A stretch of 56,335 nucleotides of DNA, counting the filler, from Sphacelaria rigidula (taxonomy: Eukaryota), in the NCBI GenBank assembly GCA_964200075.2. It is 7 parts of 7 records of this genome, joined end to end, with 100 filler letters (N's around TTAATTAATTAA, not from the genome) between each part and the next. Parts side by side here need not be neighbours in the genome. Positions count along the whole stretch, not along the records: positions 48,375 to 56,335 come from CAXNAA020012827.1; 6 more parts are not named here. One strand, given 5' to 3'. The notes under the pieces were generated by a model that saw nothing but the letters and a program-made list of their open reading frames with translations, ran no database searches and was not told the origin of the DNA. This document shows, piece by piece, positions 49,791 to 56,335 of the stretch. Position numbers and translations under genes: made by a program. Within the stretch, counting starts at the first letter, position 1, and each line of letters starts with the position of its first letter.

Positions 49791-50209
49791 GATACTATTA
49801 TCAATCTTATGACAAGCAGAGGCACTAGATGAACCAAATCTGGATACCGCGTCTCAGTTTTTGAGAGTTGTGCGATGGAATATGTATGGAGAGCTGCAAG
49901 TGCATCATGAACAAAATAGCTCCTCTTTCCCTCTTTTTCTTCGTGTTTTGGGGGAGTTTTGAGGAGAAATGAAGTTTGTTCTTGGGCCTCATCTAAACTG
50001 TTTTGGCTCAATTGTTAGATTTGTGATTTGAAACTTAGCATGTAGAACCACAGGGCTTGGCGAAAAAAAAAGGGATCATAAATTTGTTTTGGGGGTGAAG
50101 GTTCGGGCAATCTCGTAAGAAATGGCCGCCATCATACAAACGCTCTGAACCAGTGAGAAAAACATACCAACCTGATTCATTTGTTTTGCTTCGTGATGAC
50201 CTAGCGACG

Positions 50210-50523
50210 TCCCGCATATAACTTTAATGCACAAAACACCAAACGTGGGCCGGTAAGCGGCCTGCATAATAGTTCTTTGAATTCCCATCGGCCCTGTCTT
50301 CAAAAGGCTCATTAGCAATCTACATTGGACGATGGAATTGGCATGGGTGATCAATAGGGCATAATAGCAATTCCCGATGGTCCTAAATATTCTTTTCTGT
50401 TATTGAAAGGAAATAAATCAGTTTTTAGCTATTCGTAATATGCCGTTCAATCACAAAAAACTATGGAACCACGAGTAATGTATTTCATGCCTTTTTGATC
50501 ATCCATACCAATTTTCAGTGTCC
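50210..50523. mobile_element. Diverged copy of the 8418-8790 foldback element
   Basis: AAACACCAAACGTGGGCCGGTAAGCGGCCTGCA, AGGGCATAATA and AATCAGTTTT are shared in the same order. Confidence 0.6.
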
Positions 50524-50839
50524 GCTCGGGTGGATTAGTATTTTGCTCGTTGTACTAGCGTGATCTGAAAAGAAATGTCGATCAACTTGACGCGTTGTAA
50601 TGTTTCTGTGTTGTCTGTCGCGTGCTGGACTTCGACGCCGCGACGAAAGGGAGGGCGACAAACGGGAAAACTTCACAGTAAATACTAGCAAGTGGACAGG
50701 CGCGACATACCCATCCTCAACCCAATTTTGTATCAATAGTGTGCACATAACGATCGTCCTCTTCATTCTGCAGCGAAATCTACAATGAGAAAAAAATAAC
50801 GAACAGAAAGAGTACTCAGGTTCAATTACTCTTGACCAC

Positions 50840-51110
50840 CTGTCGACGCCACTGCACAGGCATCGGGCGGTCCCAGGTGTCGCCTTTCCCGGTTCGAACG
50901 TTAGACTCAGGTGCTTGAGATCGTTCATGGTGTCACCACTGAGTTCATAGTCAAAGGCGCAGCTGTTGTCCCCAAAAATCTTGTTCAAGTAGCCGCACAT
51001 GTGCACAAGTAAACCTCCCGCCCACTCGAACATGAATCCCGTCCCACTCTTCGGCTCTCCCCTCTGCTGTACCTCGAGGCGCTTCACGAGCTTGCCGTCC
51101 TCCATCGTGT
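50840..51110 (-). CDS. Sulfotransferase-fold protein, exon with the 5'-phosphosulfate-binding loop
   Basis: TGTCAG|AC ACG... LEVQQRGEPKSGTGFMFEWA (PKSGT loop)...CLCSGVD, AG|GTGGTC. Confidence 0.85.
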
Positions 51111-53399
51111 CTGACATTTCATTTTATACCACGCGACCGATACGTATTTGAGCCCCCAAATCATGAGATTCAGGCATCGTTCGGGTATCCTTCACCCGGA
51201 ACGCGCGCGAAGGAAAAGTGCTGTTGACGTGTCAAGCTTGAATATTTCATGGAAGGCCGAACAGGCGAGTGTGGACCTTGGTGGTACGGCGGCAGCGCAT
51301 GTCACTTCTGCCCACATTCACCCAAACACTCGGCCGAAACTCGTACGCGGTTTTTCCGACTCCCTTCATTACAACGTCCCCACTCGACGGCAAAACACGG
51401 TTTTCGGTACGTATGCACAGCTTTGAATCGTGGGGGGCGATTCAGTGAGGTGTACGAGAGGTACGAGCGCGCGTGGAGGCTTTCAGGTATAGTCTAATGT
51501 GAAGAACAACGGAGGGTAGCGTGAATGGTGAACGATGGATTATGTTTTGGTGTAACTTTTACACCATGGTGTCACGTCGGGAGAGCACGAGCTATGTAAA
51601 ATACCTGATCAAAGAGAGCTCTCGAGTCTGTGGTCCAAAAACGGTCCAAAACAAGTGCATATCAGGAGCGTCAGAGGAGTCAAAGCGCAAGCTTTGTGCT
51701 ACTTCGCGTACCCTGCATCCGGCACTGAAGGGAACAAATATGGAAAAGGGGGCCAACTAACCTAGCTCATAATCCCGATCAGTACAAAAATGATTGGTAA
51801 TCTTCAGGTAGCTCATGAGCTGTCCGACGTGTGCATTATTTTGCGGTAGATTACGCGCTACATGGTATCTACGGTAGCCATTGTCGAGGACGACTTTTGC
51901 CACCACAGCAACCTTTACTGTCTTGTCCAGTGTTCCCAGTCCCCGATGATCGAGTATCAGGCCATGTTGAAACCTCAAGACCCCACGGACGGGTGAGGGC
52001 CAGAGTAGAAATCATCTACAGAGATTTTTGGTGGCAGATTTTACGTTTCACGATAGCGGCGTGTCTCGGGAAACGAAAGAGACGTAAATCAGAGGTTAAC
52101 TTGATTCCCGATTTTGATGCGGCGGATTAGGTTCACGGCGCACGTGGCGCTCTCCTGTTGAGCATATAATAAACTTAACCAACTGACCATAACGTATAGA
52201 AAGGAGGCGAAGATACATATACGGTGTGTGCCTGTTTGATTCGAGGCACTTCCGAGATCTCTGCAGGGCTCGAGAAATCGAAAACAGCGTGAGAACGCTT
52301 CAGGGTGGCAGACCAAGGACGAATCCCTTGTCATTTTATGCTCTATTTTTACCGTTCTCTACTCTGTCAAGACAAGTATCACGACGCTCACGTTTGTTAT
52401 TTTTAGGGGGAATGGCCCAGACTGAGGTGAAGACGGGACACCTAGATCACGTGTCTGTGTGGTACAAGTATCCGGACTCAACACCAAGAACATCATGTTG
52501 ACAGATCACTTTTGGAGAAGGCAGGCCGGCTTTGAACGTCGAACCGAGCTTTCAAGTGCGTGGCAATCTCGTCAACAGCGGTTGATGGCCGCCGACGACC
52601 ATGTGTACTCGGCCGGCGTCAGGAGAGCTCGGCCAACAGCGGTTGTGTGTTGCCGGCATATCACATGCAGGGTCGACAACTCGTTCCTTTTCCACACAGC
52701 ACATCCGAAACATAACTGTGTCGTCGAAAACAAATGAAGTTGTCGAAAAAAGGCAACATCACGAGATATACGCTGAAACAAATCTTCCATCCGGCAGCAA
52801 AAACAAAAGGAAAAACGTTTTCGAAAGTCTTATGAATATGCGAGACATCATATCTTCAGTATTTTGGGGTATTTTTAGTCGTCCGTTCCACCGAAGGGTA
52901 TGTGCGAAAACATATTCTTGCCTCGATTTCGGGGTGAAAAACAGGGCGTGTTTTGGCCACAGATTCGTACTTTCGCACGTACGCTTCCGAGGAACGGGAA
53001 GCTGAAAACCTCCCGAAATAGTTGTAGGGAGGTCGGGAGGGATGAGGTCGTCCATATGGAAGTCACTTGTTATGACTTTAGGTGAGGGAAAGCACTGCTT
53101 TCGAGTTGAACCTCGTTTTTTTGTTCAGCCCCATTTTAAAGAACCCGCCGTTATTCTTTGCATACAGTGCCTCTGCTCGTGATATCTCGAGGTCAGCATG
53201 AAATAATGTCTGCGCCGAAACTCCAGATAGGTGACGGGTTAGGTGAAGGTGAGGGTACTTGTCGTTTCACAATGCACCGAGGAATGTTGCACCCCAAAAT
53301 CTAATCCAAACGGGAGCCAAGTAACTGACAAAAACGTCCCTGTTGAGATGCCTCGAAGAGCATATCTCAACCCACGGTGCGTGATTCAACAGCCGATTA

Positions 53400-53812
53400 T
53401 CGAAAGTGAGGATGGAGCTTGTCGTTGAAAATGATAAACCGGAGGATTCCAATCTTCGTATCCACACCAAAACTTCGCAATGTGGTTCCTTCCTTCACCA
53501 ATTGGTACTATTGACAACTCCTGCACGCCCTACAAATTTGGATTCGATAAAAGAGATATTGGGGTCCTAGATCAAGAAACAATTTTGGGAAATGGGGTGA
53601 TACGATCGGATCGCCAACATTCCCCAAGATTATTTCTTCATTTCGAATCCCAACATTTCGGTTATACACATACAAATTTGTATGACGTGTAGCACTTGTT
53701 AACAGCTCCCAGTAGGTGAAGAAACCAAATTTCGAAGATTTGGTGTTGGCACGAAAATTGATCCCTCGGATTCTCACCCTCACTGTAAAACTCCATCCTC
53801 AATTTTTTGATG
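53400..53812. mobile_element. Foldback MITE family E, copy 3 (old, diverged)
   Basis: CCGGAGGATT...TTCGTATCCACACC...TATTGACAACT...GGGGTCCTAGAT, plus the inverted arm. Confidence 0.75.
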
Positions 53813-54029
53813 ATCGGCTGTTGTTTGTGTATTATTTGATTTTTTCTATCTTTTATTTTGTATCGCATCTGTGTAAATTGATTCTGGGTCCGATTAATTT
53901 CATGATATTTTCCCTTCACCCTAGCTCGGGGTAGTTAGGCTGTGACTACTGAGTACTGAGCAGATACCGATAACAACAACAGCAACAGTGCATGCCCTCT
54001 ACTACCTCATGATGCCTACCGCGAGGTTC

Positions 54030-54290
54030 TCGAGGACACTGGCAACGATTGCGTCGAGGGAGATCCTGCGATATGCCGACTACGTCGCGCGCATGCACGA
54101 CGAGCGCCTTCCCAACATCGTCATGCGTGGAGAAATGGTCGGAGGCCAAACCACGAAACGCTTGCAACAATCAATGTCTCAGTACTGCTCCACCTTCGGA
54201 GGAGACGCGACATCATATACGTGAATTGTTCAACACGGTTCCGAGCGGTACCGTGTCGTCGAGGAAGGGGCTAAGAATATAAGAAGCGTA
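54030..54290 (+). mobile_element. RTE-like LINE C-terminal remnant
   Basis: ILRYADYVARMHDERLPNIVMRGEMVGG resembles the LRWxGHVxRMxDxRLPKxVxxGE motif of RTE-clade ORF2 C-termini. Confidence 0.7.
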
Positions 54291-54568
54291 TCGCAGCCTG
54301 GACCAACGTTCACCATGCTGATGAACTGTTTGCTGTCACCCACCAGAGTTATTTGCGTGTTCATCGAAGGTCGCCTAAACGTAACAAGTAGGCCATCAAT
54401 ATACTCGCTCATGTATCTGCCGCCTTCCTGAAAGCTGTGATTCCCTTCTTCGTGGGTACCTGGGGATGTTCCTCGATCCTGCCTCATGTCAGGGGTTGTG
54501 AAAACAGTGGAATACTCTATCGTTCGGTGCTGTGCCGAAATATCACGTGCAGTATTCGCCGCAGTAAT

Positions 54569-54900
54569 TGCCCCAGTGATCCAGTTGGTGGCCTCGAAAC
54601 CTTCTGACGGTTGGGTCGTGGGTTCGAATGTCGGAGCAATCTGGGAAATCTCGTCACACGATGCCCAACGAGAGTGGAGAGCAACGACGTCGTGCGTACA
54701 CGAGACGCGACTTAATGGTTGACGAGGGAAAGGAACTGCTGAACCCCTCTCGCGATAAAAAATAAAGGGAAGCACCGCAGGAAGAAGGGGTGGAATTCGA
54801 AACGAACAAAAACGCCTGTGTTGGCTCACCTCCTGTTCAACACCACATATACCGAAATGTGTAAACCAGCGTCCAGAATACATCAGACAACAGCACACAT
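54569..54900 (+). mobile_element. SINE family A, diverged near full-length copy
   Basis: CCTCGAAACCTTCTGACGGTTGGGTCGTGGGTTCGAATG head, colinear body, and ...GCGTCCAGAATA...CAGCACAC end. Confidence 0.85.
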
Positions 54901-55432
54901 CACAGTAGGTATCGATGCGCCAGTGACGCTTCTCTCCAAAAAGACAACAAAATCGCCATGTAAACCGCCCTGCAGCTCACATGGCTCCGCCGTCACTTCA
55001 ACAGTGTCGCGGCACCTTCGTGCCATACTTGTCTCTTCTGCGCGCTTTGACTGGCGATACACATTAAAACACTTTGATATTTGTTTTCAGCGCGAGGCGT
55101 TACGCCAGTCGAGTCATGAAACAAATAAGAATCTTCTTCTTCAATCAAGGTGTGCACATCAATGCACAGGGTGTCCTACCGCCGTGGGGCCGCGCCTCGG
55201 ACAGAGATTTGAGGTACTGTTTTTTGAACGACACACAGATGAGTTTGTAAAGCTTTCACGCAAAACTGTCGGCCCGGGGCATGTTTTCAAGACCGGAATA
55301 AAGTATGCCCCAGTACAGGACGGGACTCGGTACGAGCTGGGCCAGCCTAGATACGGATTTATCCTCTCAGAGCACAATCTCATTGACACAAATGGATTGG
55401 GCCATGATCCGCATATCGTATTAATGGTCTCA

Positions 55433-55670
55433 TCAAGGGGAAGGTATCCATTACCCATCTGTCCGGGCCAATACTTTCTCGTTAATGAAACCCCGTGTCT
55501 AGTAAAATCTATACCTTACGGAGATAGCGTTCATTTTGAAATCTATACGAAACTCCGAACAATAAATTCAGCGATGGCGAGTTCCGGTGTAGACATTCCC
55601 TGGAGCACGAAGAGACGACAGGTTTTCTCACTTCACCTAATTCGTACTTTATCTCGACATATAGCGCACA
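55433..55670 (+). repeat. Dispersed repeat family C, copy 3
   Basis: Aligns with 8075-8250 and 49540-49790. Confidence 0.6.
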
Positions 55671-56335
55671 AACGTTCCTACGTTAAAACCAATATATTAC
55701 GAGCAAAAGTACTAGGTGAACTAAATTTGGATTTCGCGCGAGTTGTGCTGTAAAATTTTGTATCGAGAACTGCTTGTGCATAATAATAAAGAAAGGTCTT
55801 GGGGTGCCGAACACCTTCGTGCGCCGGAAGGCGTAATGTAGAAGTGTATGCGCGCCATGAAAAAACGTATATGGGGACAAAAGGGGTAGGCGGGCGAGGG
55901 GGGGAATACCCTGCTGACACACGTCACGTTCGACGAACGCAGTCGAACTTTTAGGTACTGAGGACCTATGCCACTAGTTGCAACCCATCTTGCACCCTCA
56001 TTCGAGTTTGTAGGCGCAAGCAGCAAGCACGCTTTGCGACAGGTGGGTGGCAGTCTCTTTCCGCTGACCGATGTGAAGGTTGCGGTTGCTGCAACCGAAA
56101 CTTATCTGAATCGGGTTCACTTTCGAACATCGTGATCGTAGAACAATGGTACGGAGCTTGCGAGCCTTGGTGTAAACAGCTAAATATTTGTGCTCGTCGT
56201 AGGAAGACGCTCATTGGCAAGCAGGAGGACCACCAACGCTATATTCGTGAGATTCAGAGTGTAACATCGGATTCAGAGTGAGACCCGAAACAATCGACTT
56301 TCCCGTCGATTTTGACATCGCCACAGTTCGAGGAG

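Noticed and set aside
26277..51110. SDR plus sulfotransferase as a metabolic gene cluster
   Set aside because: They lie on different contigs that are adjacent only through size sorting.
54230..55753. ORFs 54230..54898 (-) and 54818..55753 (+)
   Set aside because: They run through SINE A and repeat family C and show no recognisable domain; likely chance ORFs.

Overview
Eukaryotic, intron-rich genomic DNA, most likely from a brown alga (Phaeophyceae); this is inferred from gene families, splice style and repeat types, not from a search. The window is not one locus. It is seven contigs of 7963, 7963, 7962, 7962, 7962, 7962 and 7961 bp, joined by identical 100-nt linkers (44 N + TTAATTAATTAA + 44 N) in descending size order, so nothing can be inferred across the gaps. 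Genes: (1) five phase-compatible exons of a DYRKP-like Ser/Thr kinase with a low-complexity N-terminal region of more than 1,750 aa; (2) four exons of a classical SDR with a charged insert of about 100 aa; (3) two exons of a sulfotransferase-fold protein; (4) exons of an unrecognised minus-strand gene with a C2H2-like motif. The rest is dominated by mobile DNA: six copies of a tRNA-derived SINE, several MITE/foldback families (one hAT-type with an 8-bp TSD, one with an apparent 4-bp TSD), an internally deleted plant-type mariner, and Copia and LINE remnants. There are also two near-perfect hairpins. I found no convincing new multi-gene system. The best leads are a MITE that may be spliced out in frame, the SINE family with its hairpin-bearing copy, the miRNA-like foldbacks and the unrecognised protein.
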